Of a DNA stretch of 64,000 nt, positions 1-8,461 are shown one piece after another. The notes below the pieces were generated by a model. The model saw only the letters and a program-made list of their open reading frames with translations. It did not search any database and was not told the DNA's origin. This DNA comes from an uncultured delta proteobacterium. GTDB taxonomy: Bacteria > Desulfobacterota > Desulfobacteria > Desulfobacterales > JAFDCJ01. Location: NCBI GenBank assembly GCA_963769935.1, contig CAVYNY010000021.1, positions 64,001 to 128,000 of the forward strand, in the 5' to 3' direction. The position numbers were made by a program, and so were the translations under genes. The stretch's first letter is position 1. Each line of letters begins with the position of its first letter.

Positions 1-133
1 AGACCCTCATTGCTCGGGGGTATACAAAACACCCGTGTGTCAATACCGATGGCAAGGTGGTTCGACCGCCCGAATTTCTAAGAGAGGTTATCGCAAAAGT
101 AGTTGCCGAATAGAACAAAAAGTATAAAGGCCT

Positions 134-1600
134 ATGAACTCAACCTCCGATATCGACCTTGCAAAATTTGAACAATGCCGCCTGCTGGTGGTAGGCGATC
201 TGATGATCGATGAATATGTATGGGGCAGCGTGGATCGAATCTCTCCGGAAGCCCCGGTACAGGTGGTAGCGGTTGCGTCGGAGGAATACACCCTGGGGGG
301 ATCGGGCAATGTGGCCAACAATCTGGTAACCCTGGGTGCCAACGTCGCTGTGCTCGGTGTCATCGGCCCCGGCAAAGACGGAAAATTGCTGCTGAATAAA
401 TTACAGGATCTCGGCGTGGATACTCGGGGTGTTGTTCAGGAATCCGGCCGGCCGACAACCAAAAAGACACGGATCATTGCCGATCATCAGCAGGTGCTGC
501 GCATCGATCGCGAGACAAAAAAGAAAATATCCGCGGATACATTCAACGCCCTTATCGAACTGGCAAAGAAAATCGTCCCTACGGTGGATGTGATCCTGAT
601 TTCAGATTACGGTAAAGGCTTGGTCACACGCGATCTGATCGCCCATCTGGTGACACTGGCCGGTACTCACGGCAAAATTTCGATAGCCGATCCCAAGGGC
701 TTGGATTTTAAGAAGTATGCAGGTGTCTCGGTGCTGACCCCCAACAAAAGAGAAGCCTCGCTGGCGGCCGGGGTGGAGATCGTGAATGAAAAAAGTCTCG
801 CCGCGGCCGGTGCCGGATTGCTTCAAAAATCCGGCGCCGACAAGCTGTTGATCACCTGCGGTAAGGACGGAATGGTATTTTTCGAACCGGGCTGCAAGCC
901 GTATAAAATCAGCACCCATGCGCGGGAAGTCTATGATGTATCCGGGGCCGGCGATACCGTGATCGCCGTGCTGGGTCTCGGACTGGCCGCCGGCCTGACC
1001 TTTAAAAAGGCGATCGGACTGGCCAACACCGCCGCCGGCATAGTGGTCGGTAAAGTGGGAACGGCAACAGTCACGCCCAAAGAGCTGGCCCTGGCTCTCA
1101 AACAGGCCGCCGAGGACACCGCTGTCAAGTACAAGACGCTGGATGAGCTGGCAGATATTTGCAAAAAGCTGCACATCGATCGCAAACGAATTGTTCTGAC
1201 CAACGGCTGTTTCGACCTGTTACACGTGGGCCATATCAAGCTTTTTTCGGCATCCAAGCAGCTCGGCGACCTGCTGATCGTTGCTATCGACGACGACGAC
1301 TCCGTCAGACGCCTGAAGGGCGCTGAGCGGCCCGTCATCAGTTCCACGGAGCGGGTGGGCCTCCTCAGCGCCCTGAACAGTGTGGATTATGTGGTGGTTT
1401 TTGCAACCGGCGAATTGGAAAAAGTCATTGAATCCGTTCGGCCCGATGTGCTGACCAAAGGCAGCAACTATGAGTCGGAAGAAGTTCAGGGTCGCCGGAT
1501 CGTTGAAAAGTTAGGCGGCCGGGTGGAACTGATTCCCATCACCGAAAACATCTCCTCCAGTCAGATAATTAACAATATTAAACAAAAGCTAAAAAGATAG
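134..1600 (+). CDS. hldE: Bifunctional heptose-7-phosphate kinase / heptose-1-phosphate adenylyltransferase
   Basis: N-terminal ribokinase-family motifs (VVGDLMIDEY, RISPEAPV, DVSGAGDT); C-terminal cytidylyltransferase-like domain (TNGCFDLLHVGH). Confidence 0.95.
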   Translation: MNSTSDIDLAKFEQCRLLVVGDLMIDEYVWGSVDRISPEAPVQVVAVASEEYTLGGSGNVANNLVTLGANVAVLGVIGPGKDGKLLLNKLQDLGVDTRGVVQESGRPTTKKTRIIADHQQVLRIDRETKKKISADTFNALIELAKKIVPTVDVILISDYGKGLVTRDLIAHLVTLAGTHGKISIADPKGLDFKKYAGVSVLTPNKREASLAAGVEIVNEKSLAAAGAGLLQKSGADKLLITCGKDGMVFFEPGCKPYKISTHAREVYDVSGAGDTVIAVLGLGLAAGLTFKKAIGLANTAAGIVVGKVGTATVTPKELALALKQAAEDTAVKYKTLDELADICKKLHIDRKRIVLTNGCFDLLHVGHIKLFSASKQLGDLLIVAIDDDDSVRRLKGAERPVISSTERVGLLSALNSVDYVVVFATGELEKVIESVRPDVLTKGSNYESEEVQGRRIVEKLGGRVELIPITENISSSQIINNIKQKLKR

Positions 1601-1611
1601 AACCCTTCCAA

Positions 1612-1974
1612 ATGAAATGTTCGGGTGTAAATTTGGACAGCGCAAATAAAGACGGATTAAGCGTTCGAAGAAGTCCTCAAGGAATTGTATTTAAGGTCCT
1701 CGTCCAGCCGAAAGCATCAAAAAACATGATCATCGGACTCTATGGCGATGCCCTGAAAATCAAGCTGACCGCTCCACCGGTAGACAACGCCGCCAACATG
1801 ATGTGCGTAAAATTTCTGGCCAAGGCTTTAAACGTCGCCAAATCCTCGCTCGATATCATCGCCGGTCACACCAGCCGCAATAAGCAGGTGTTATTGAAAG
1901 CGGGCCAGGGCAGCATCACCGCCGAAGAGTATAATCGTCTTGAGCAGCTCATCGAAAAAATAGCCCGCCCTTAA
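1612..1974 (+). CDS. yggU: DUF167/UPF0235 (YggU) family protein
   Basis: VLVQPKASKN, LKIKLTAPPVDNAAN and GHTSRNK motifs typical of the family. Confidence 0.85.
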   Translation: MKCSGVNLDSANKDGLSVRRSPQGIVFKVLVQPKASKNMIIGLYGDALKIKLTAPPVDNAANMMCVKFLAKALNVAKSSLDIIAGHTSRNKQVLLKAGQGSITAEEYNRLEQLIEKIARP

Positions 1975-2237
1975 ATTAATCACCCCATCCTGAAAAATTT
2001 GCGTATATAGGCGCGGCGGTTGACTCGACCCCTGTGATATGGAAAGCCGCAGCTTGGGATCTGGGGAAAAGTATGTTCCTGCATGCTGTTAAGCAGGCTA
2101 AAGCGGATCAGTTCACAATTGAAGGCACCGCATGGATTAATTAATCCGCCGGACCTTCGATCGAACGACCTTCTTCATGTTTCAAAAAACAATTTGCAAC
2201 CCGTAAAACAATATTTTTAAGGGCGGAGTAATTAAAG

Positions 2238-2266
2238 TTGACAGAAACCCCTTGACTAATTACTAT
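2238..2266 (+). promoter_or_regulatory. sigma70 promoter of tRNA-Met
   Basis: TTGACA-N17-TACTAT ending 33 bp before the tRNA. Confidence 0.75.
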
Positions 2267-2299
2267 TGATCCATTAAAGATGATCTTAAAAAAAAATGA

Positions 2300-2376
<77 letters not shown>

Positions 2377-2382
2377 ATAATT

Positions 2383-2420
2383 AAAAAAGGGTTTAGAAAA
2401 TTTTCTAGACCTTTTTTTTT
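2383..2420 (+). terminator. Intrinsic terminator after tRNA
   Basis: GGTTTAGAAA/TTTCTAGACC hairpin with A-tract before and T9 tract after. Confidence 0.75.
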
Positions 2421-2703
2421 AAATTTTGGGCCGATTCCGGACCTATTGATAGACCCAACACGATGACTTGGATTTCGGTCATATTCGTCAAAAATCTAGT
2501 ATTTTTTCCTCTTTCCTTTTCACGTCTCCTGCTTATTATATATGTATTTCCAATTCTTCTTCAACAAAGGAGAAATCACCTTGGATCTGATCAGACGCAC
2601 CTTCGGCAACTGGACGTCGGCTGCTATCCTCGCCGCAAGCGTTTTCGCGGGTGGAAGAGATGCCGCCGAACATTCCCGCAGGCAGGTTCAATGAGGCGGA
2701 AGC

Positions 2704-3006
2704 ATGAGCAAAAAATTAATATCAACGATATTCATGGCGGCTTTTATCGGCCTGTTTGTTATGCGGCCCGATTTATCGGCTCTGGATTCAGCACAATCTC
2801 TTGAGTGCGACGGCGGCACAGTTGTAGTTGGAGACACGGAAGACAGCGTCCGGGATAAATGCGGCGACCCTCAGAAAGTGACCCGGGAAGATGCAGCCTC
2901 TCCCGTTGTCTGGTATTACAATTTCGGTCCCACTGAGTTTGTTTATTATGTGACCTTTACGGACGGAGTTGTGATACTCATCCAAGTGGGAGGTTATGGC
3001 GACTAA
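2704..3006 (+). CDS. DUF2845-family secreted protein
   Basis: Signal peptide; C-DGG-V-VGD...KCGDP...WYYNFGP pattern. Confidence 0.8.
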   Translation: MSKKLISTIFMAAFIGLFVMRPDLSALDSAQSLECDGGTVVVGDTEDSVRDKCGDPQKVTREDAASPVVWYYNFGPTEFVYYVTFTDGVVILIQVGGYGD

Positions 3007-3161
3007 GGGCTCACTCAAAAATAACTCCACATTTTATACGCCGCTGCATCCCACCTGGCGCGTTGCGAAAGCTCGGAATATCCAGATATTCCTGCGTTTT
3101 CGCGCCTTGCCAGCCGGGCGCCGCAACGCCTAAAATTGTGAACTAATTTTTTGCTGAACCC
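3007..3161 (+). mobile_element. 155-bp palindromic MITE-like element, copy 1
   Basis: Imperfect terminal IRs (GGGCTCA.../...TGAACCC), TAA direct repeats on both sides, near-identical inverted copy at 33233-33388. Confidence 0.8.
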
Positions 3162-3297
3162 TAAGGAGCACGGCCGGGATACGGCCGCGCCCGCTCAGGC
3201 GCCATCGGGCGGCGCCGAATCGAGGATGCGACCTTAAATTCCTTTAAAATTCTCAGAACGATGCAGGAGGCTGCATCGAGGCCACAAGGAGTTTATT

Positions 3298-3582
3298 ATG
3301 AAAAAAAGAAATGCTTTTTTCTTAATTCCGGCAGTAATTTTGATTGTTTTTTTGCATCTTGATGCTGCTGTTGCTGCGGAAGAGGCATCTTCCATCATGT
3401 GCGACAACGGGGTCGTAAACATCGGGGACATGGATGTTACGGTTCAGGACACCTGCGGCGAACCCAACAGCAAGGGCATGAACGAGTGGGTGTACAATTT
3501 TGGCCCGGATCAACCCGTTTACACCCTGATATTTAAGGACGGCCAATTGGTAAAAATCCTGGAAAACGAATGGGGCAGTTAG
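3298..3582 (+). CDS. DUF2845-family secreted protein (paralog)
   Basis: Signal peptide; CDNGVVNIGD...TCGEP...WVYNFGP; AAGGAG RBS. Confidence 0.8.
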   Translation: MKKRNAFFLIPAVILIVFLHLDAAVAAEEASSIMCDNGVVNIGDMDVTVQDTCGEPNSKGMNEWVYNFGPDQPVYTLIFKDGQLVKILENEWGS

Positions 3583-3658
3583 ACGAGCAGGTCGCACATC
3601 TCAGCCGCGCTGCGTAGGTGCTTAAAAGTAAAGTTTTTGCATTTTCCGTAAGAAATAT

Positions 3659-3730
3659 TCTCGCAAAGGCGCAAAGACGCCAAGTTTAACTTGATAAAAT
3701 TACCTCTGCGAGCTTTGCGCCTTTGCGAGA
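3659..3730. repeat. REP-like hairpin with perfect 18-bp inverted repeat
   Basis: TCTCGCAAAGGCGCAAAG (3659-3676) / CTTTGCGCCTTTGCGAGA (3713-3730) between convergent genes. Confidence 0.75.
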
Positions 3731-3816
3731 GACCAATTCGGTTACGGTTCATCCGGGTTAGAGGCTTCGAAAACGTATTCGCTAAAGCGACTAGCGGAGG
3801 TCATATCAAAAACCGA

Positions 3817-4281
3817 TCATTTTATATCAATAACCAGCGGCAATTCAATTGCCACAGGATCTCCCACCTCAATTTCATGTCTTTTAAACCAGCCCTGATT
3901 CACTTCAAGCGCATACTTGGCCGGCCCGGATGAGGGATATAAAACATCGGTCTGCATTGGAGCCATATCCTGGATGTTTATGATTTTCCCGGAATCGTCG
4001 AGAAAGGCAATCGAAAGCGGAATTTGGGTGTCTTTCATCCAGAAAGTTTCCGGACGCGATTCCGGAAAGATGAACAACATGCCCTGATTCTGCGGCAGGT
4101 CCTCGCGCTGAGACAACCCGCAGGATCTCGCTGCGGGTGTGGCAGCCAACTCAACTGTGAGCATATGGCCATTGATTGAAATAGTGGCGGTCGGCAGTTC
4201 CAAGGGACAAACCAGCGTCTTTGCCGGTGAGGCAATTAGAATAAGAGAGAATCCGATTATTGTACCAAATAATTTTATCAT
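3817..4281 (-). CDS. DUF192 family protein
   Basis: VELAATP..R..GL, GMLFIF, FWMKDT.IPLSIAF, YALEVNQG motifs; signal peptide. Confidence 0.9.
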   Translation of the reverse strand: MIKLFGTIIGFSLILIASPAKTLVCPLELPTATISINGHMLTVELAATPAARSCGLSQREDLPQNQGMLFIFPESRPETFWMKDTQIPLSIAFLDDSGKIINIQDMAPMQTDVLYPSSGPAKYALEVNQGWFKRHEIEVGDPVAIELPLVIDIK

Positions 4282-4302
4282 GCCAAAACAGCGAGAGGAC
4301 TG

Positions 4303-4376
4303 GTGGAAGCTGGTTTCAATCGCGATTTGTGAGTTTTGCTCTTACCGCGTTCATCGCGGCTGCAAGCCGCTCCCAC
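4303..4376. repeat. Degenerate REP doublet (REPIN-like, GTGG family)
   Basis: GTGGGAGCGGCTTGCAGCCGCGAT on minus strand (4353-4376) plus an inverted copy at 4303-4326 matching 18/24. Confidence 0.55.
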
Positions 4377-4593
4377 CACACAAAAACATTTTAGGCACCA
4401 GTATTGAGGGTTAACTCCGTCCGCAAAGCGGCGCATGGGGTCGTCTCAAATTGTAGTATTTTGTCCTTACACTAGATTATGATTAATGGCAAGACGTTAG
4501 CTAAAGCCTGAAATTAGATGTTTGAATTTCTTGATATTTTGAGGATTTTATCTTAAAATAAAAGTATCAATTATTCAGTCTCGGGAGGAAATC

Positions 4594-5361
4594 ATGAAGA
4601 AATCCGTCTTGCTGGCTGGTCTCATCTTTATGCTGTCCATGCCGGCGGCATCGTTCGGTTTTGGATTCGAATTTGCCCTGGGTACCTGGTTAGAGCAACC
4701 GAGCGGCACGCTTTCCTATGATAGTTCGTCCAGTGCGGACGATTTGAGTCTGCAAAATGACCTCAACTATGATGATAAGTGGCAGCCCACAGGCCGGCTT
4801 AAAATAGATATGCCCGCCATTATTCCAAATATTTATCTGATGTATACGCCCATGAAATGGAATGAAACCGGCAGCAAGAATACAAGTTTCACCTTCGGCG
4901 ACGAAACGTTTGCAGCCAATGAGAATTTTAAATCGGAATTAAAAATGGATCACCTGGATTTCGCACTGTATTACGGCCTGCCGGGTGTTCGGACAGCCAC
5001 CGCGGATGTATTGAATATAGACCTCGGTCTGAATTTCAGGCTCATGGATTTCAAAGCCGAAATCAATCAGCAGGACACCGGACTAAAAGCGTCGGAAAGC
5101 TATTTTCTGCCGATTCCGATGATTTATGGCGCAATGCAGATCGAGCCCGTAAATTGGATAGCGCTGGATTTTGAGGGACGGGGAACCGGCTATAAATCAG
5201 ATTATTATATCAGCCTGATTGGAAGACTAAAGATAATGCCCTTCGGGCCGCTGTTTATCGCGGGCGGGTATCGGTACGATAGTATTAAAATAGATTATAA
5301 AGACGTTGATGTTGATGCCGAATTTCGCGGGCCCATAGCTGAAATCGGCTTTAACTTTTAA
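4594..5361 (+). CDS. Outer-membrane beta-barrel protein (TIGR04219-like)
   Basis: Signal peptide, amphipathic beta-strands, IPNIYL and YYGL motifs, C-terminal Phe; GGAGG RBS. Confidence 0.75.
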   Translation: MKKSVLLAGLIFMLSMPAASFGFGFEFALGTWLEQPSGTLSYDSSSSADDLSLQNDLNYDDKWQPTGRLKIDMPAIIPNIYLMYTPMKWNETGSKNTSFTFGDETFAANENFKSELKMDHLDFALYYGLPGVRTATADVLNIDLGLNFRLMDFKAEINQQDTGLKASESYFLPIPMIYGAMQIEPVNWIALDFEGRGTGYKSDYYISLIGRLKIMPFGPLFIAGGYRYDSIKIDYKDVDVDAEFRGPIAEIGFNF

Positions 5362-5365
5362 GCAC

Positions 5366-6955
5366 CTAACCGGCCTTGTACATCCATTCCAATTCATCTT
5401 CGGGCGTAAGCCGCACCTGCAGATGTCCGCGCCAGGTTTCATCATCCTGGAAAGGATAGTCCTCTCGAAAATGGGCTCCCCGGCTTTCTTTCCGGCGCAG
5501 AGCCCCCTGCAAAATAAGTTCGGCAGTTTGGGCGGCAAACCGCAATTCAAGATTTCGTTGCACCTGACGCGGATCGTCTGGGATGGGCATAGCAGCCACC
5601 TCCGCTTTGATCGCCGCAACCGCATTGATGGCCCGGATCAGACCTGATTCGTTTCTCAGTATGCCGCCATCGTTCCACATAACCTGACGCAGTTCGACCA
5701 TCAGGCGGGATGTGTTCAGTGCGGCCTTGGTGCGCGTCGATCCAAAAGCAGGTTCGCTTATTTCTTTAATCGATTCCCCAGCCATGCCGGTGGAGATATT
5801 TTTGGCCCAATCCCCGGCAGCCCGCCCTGCCCTCGCACCAAAAACAATAGTTTCAGTCAGGGCATTGCCCCCCCTGCGATTGGCCCCGTGCAATCCGCCG
5901 GTTACCTCTCCGGCTGCGAATAACCCCGGCACAGAGGTCGCCCCCTGAGCGTCTGTGCATATGCCGCCCATCACGTGGTGGGCTAAAGGTGAAATTCTTA
6001 TCGGCCGGTGTTTGGCGCCATAGCGTTCCCCTAAAATAATCCGGGTGGAAGCCGAAAATGGTTCGGCATTCCACTGCGCATCCGTGACATCGCGCAGATC
6101 CAGCCAAACATCCATTCCGCTTCGAAATGTTTCCAGGTACAGGGCCTGGGAGAGACGGTCCCTGGCTCGGATGCCTGCCGGGCGCTCGGTTATGGCGTAT
6201 TTATCATATACGTTCTCATTGCGGTCATTGTACAATCGTCCGAAATCGGCCAGCCGCGGTGGAATTAAAAACGCCGGATATCCCGGCTCCGCCAGGCCTA
6301 ACGGATAAAATTGCACAAATTCCATATCCCGCAAAACAGCTCCGGCGTGAAGCGCCAGACTATAACCGTCTCCCAGCATCCGCTTGGGATTGTCATGCCG
6401 AAAATATAACCCTCCGGCGCCTCCGGCAGCCAATACAACAGCATTGGCCCGAATGGTAAGCCATTTGTTTGTTGCCGACGAATACGCCAACACATCCCAT
6501 AATCCCTGATCGGTTTTCAAATCCGTCGCCAGAAGTCCGCTTAAAAAGTGGATCCCCAGCCCTCGGGCTTGGCGTGCCAGACAGTTGACTATTTCCTCGC
6601 CCCAGATAGGCGCGCGTCCCTCGGAAATAAGATTGCCCTCGTGAAAACTCCCCTTTATGCCCCAATCGACCAGCTCCGCCAACCGCTTGGGGCCTTCTGC
6701 AACCAGAATCTCCACCAGTTCGCGCTGATTGATGCCGCGACCGGCCTGTAGGGTCTGCTTCATATGTTTCTCCGGTGAGTCTCCTTGGCGAGTTCCGGCA
6801 AATACGCCCCCACTTAAAATAGTGCAGGTTCCCTTACCGGGAGATCCCTTTGATATCACTCCAACCCCAAGCCCCCTGTCTCTCGCTTCAATAGCTGCTC
6901 TAAGGCCTGCTGCACCGCTTCCGATCACCAGGACTTCAAATTTAAAATTTTCCAA
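5366..6955 (-). CDS. FAD-binding oxidoreductase, SdhA/FrdA/NadB family
   Basis: GSGAAG dinucleotide fold, MEFVQFYP, HHVMGG, GLFAAGEV.GGLHGANR.GGN, ESRGAHFR. Confidence 0.88.
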   Translation of the reverse strand: MENFKFEVLVIGSGAAGLRAAIEARDRGLGVGVISKGSPGKGTCTILSGGVFAGTRQGDSPEKHMKQTLQAGRGINQRELVEILVAEGPKRLAELVDWGIKGSFHEGNLISEGRAPIWGEEIVNCLARQARGLGIHFLSGLLATDLKTDQGLWDVLAYSSATNKWLTIRANAVVLAAGGAGGLYFRHDNPKRMLGDGYSLALHAGAVLRDMEFVQFYPLGLAEPGYPAFLIPPRLADFGRLYNDRNENVYDKYAITERPAGIRARDRLSQALYLETFRSGMDVWLDLRDVTDAQWNAEPFSASTRIILGERYGAKHRPIRISPLAHHVMGGICTDAQGATSVPGLFAAGEVTGGLHGANRRGGNALTETIVFGARAGRAAGDWAKNISTGMAGESIKEISEPAFGSTRTKAALNTSRLMVELRQVMWNDGGILRNESGLIRAINAVAAIKAEVAAMPIPDDPRQVQRNLELRFAAQTAELILQGALRRKESRGAHFREDYPFQDDETWRGHLQVRLTPEDELEWMYKAG

Positions 6956-7064
6956 AATTCTATCCTTCGTTGAGTTTGAGTTTTTGGATTATTTAGGATA
7001 TCATATATATAAAATAATTGCCGTAACTTAAAAAGAGATTATTTTGAAAAATGGAATCCGCTTT

Positions 7065-7403
7065 ATGAAAGATCTTAATTCACCCCTTCGTTCTCGCAGC
7101 AGTGATCGACGTTCCCGCCTCGACCGACGCTGGATAAAAGCCCGCTACCAGGGCGAGGAAAGGCGCAGCGGAAAGGACCGGCGGTCGGAAGTCGAACTAA
7201 AAGACCTGAATAGAGATCTGCCGGTGCCGGAAAACGCCGGCCCCCATAAAATGGAAGGGCTGGAAAAACTACTGGTATCCAATACCATCCAGCTGGAAGC
7301 TGTAACCCGTTTGCTGCTGGAAAAAGGAGTTTTAAAAGAAGATGAACTGGTGGCAATGATGAAAACGGTTCAAGCGGAGTATCAGCGCAACACGAAGACT
7401 TAA
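7065..7403 (+). CDS. Hypothetical protein with DRR/ERR arginine-rich repeats
   Basis: ORF fills the gap; SDRRSRLDRR and YQGEERRSGKDRR; C-terminal helical LLLEKGVL segment; start could be TTG 7044. Confidence 0.65.
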   Translation: MKDLNSPLRSRSSDRRSRLDRRWIKARYQGEERRSGKDRRSEVELKDLNRDLPVPENAGPHKMEGLEKLLVSNTIQLEAVTRLLLEKGVLKEDELVAMMKTVQAEYQRNTKT

Positions 7404-7447
7404 GCCCGTCCCATAAAGTATACGACGACATTTGAAGGAGAATATTT

Positions 7448-8365
7448 ATGCCTGACAAAGCCCAAGCCATGGTTCTGGCCTCCTTTGCGGCCGATGCGCT
7501 GGCCCTTGGTGTTCACTGGATTTACAATATCAATGTTATCGATAAAAAGTGGGGGCGGGTTGAAAACTACCTCAATCCGGAAAGACCGACTTATCATCCC
7601 ACCAAGACCCTCGGAGAGTTTACCCATTACGGCGATCAAACCCTGGTGCTCCTGAAATCAATTGCCCAGTGCCCCGGCTTTGATCGAAATAAATTTGCAG
7701 CGGACTGGCAGCAATTTTTTAAATCCTACGACGGCTATTTCGATGGGGCCACCAAGGCCACCCTTGAAAATTTCAAAGCCGGTAAGGAACCGAACCAGGC
7801 CGGTTCTGATTCGGATGACTTTGCCGGCGCCGCCCGCATCGCGCCCCTGGCCTATTACTATCGTACGGATTGGGCGCAATTGATAAACAGTGCCAAGGCC
7901 CAGACCGCCCTGACGCATAATAATCAGGAAGTAATCGATAGCGCCGCTTTTTTCGGCGCCGTTGTTTTCAGAGTTTTAAATGGAGAAAATCCCGTTGCAG
8001 CCGTCAGACGGACCCAGGGCGAAGGGTATGACCGGCCGCCTTTTTCAAAATGGATCGAGAATGGTATCAAAAGTGTTGAAAAAGACACCCGCCAGGCGCT
8101 GCTGGATTTTGGACAGGTGTGCGAGATTGAAGCGGCCTTTCCATGTGTGATTCATCTGATTGCAAAGTACGAAGATAATTTGAAAGCGGCTTTGGTTGAA
8201 AATGTGATGGCCGGCGGTGACTCAGCCGCCCGCGGTCTGACGGTCGGAATGGTACTGGGTGCGCACCTGGGGCTTGCTGCAATACCGTCTGAGTGGCTTT
8301 CCGGACTCAAGGCCTACCGGCAAATCACGGGTTTCCTGGAGCAGATAGATCAGAAGGTGGGCTGA
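7448..8365 (+). CDS. ADP-ribosylglycohydrolase family protein
   Basis: ADALAL..HW.Y, THYGDQT, AL.THN, GGDSAARG...G..LGA..G..AIP..W pattern; AAGGAG RBS. Confidence 0.85.
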   Translation: MPDKAQAMVLASFAADALALGVHWIYNINVIDKKWGRVENYLNPERPTYHPTKTLGEFTHYGDQTLVLLKSIAQCPGFDRNKFAADWQQFFKSYDGYFDGATKATLENFKAGKEPNQAGSDSDDFAGAARIAPLAYYYRTDWAQLINSAKAQTALTHNNQEVIDSAAFFGAVVFRVLNGENPVAAVRRTQGEGYDRPPFSKWIENGIKSVEKDTRQALLDFGQVCEIEAAFPCVIHLIAKYEDNLKAALVENVMAGGDSAARGLTVGMVLGAHLGLAAIPSEWLSGLKAYRQITGFLEQIDQKVG

Positions 8366-8461
8366 TATGGAGACGATTTAAGTTATTAAATTTTAAATAA
8401 AATACTTCTATCCTAATCTAGAAATTCTTGCTTTTTTTCAAATTTCATTTTACCATGAATT

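Noticed and set aside
88..1347. Antisense and alternate-frame ORFs over hldE and the many similar ones across the window
   Set aside because: Shadow ORFs of GC-rich, confidently assigned genes, with no motifs.
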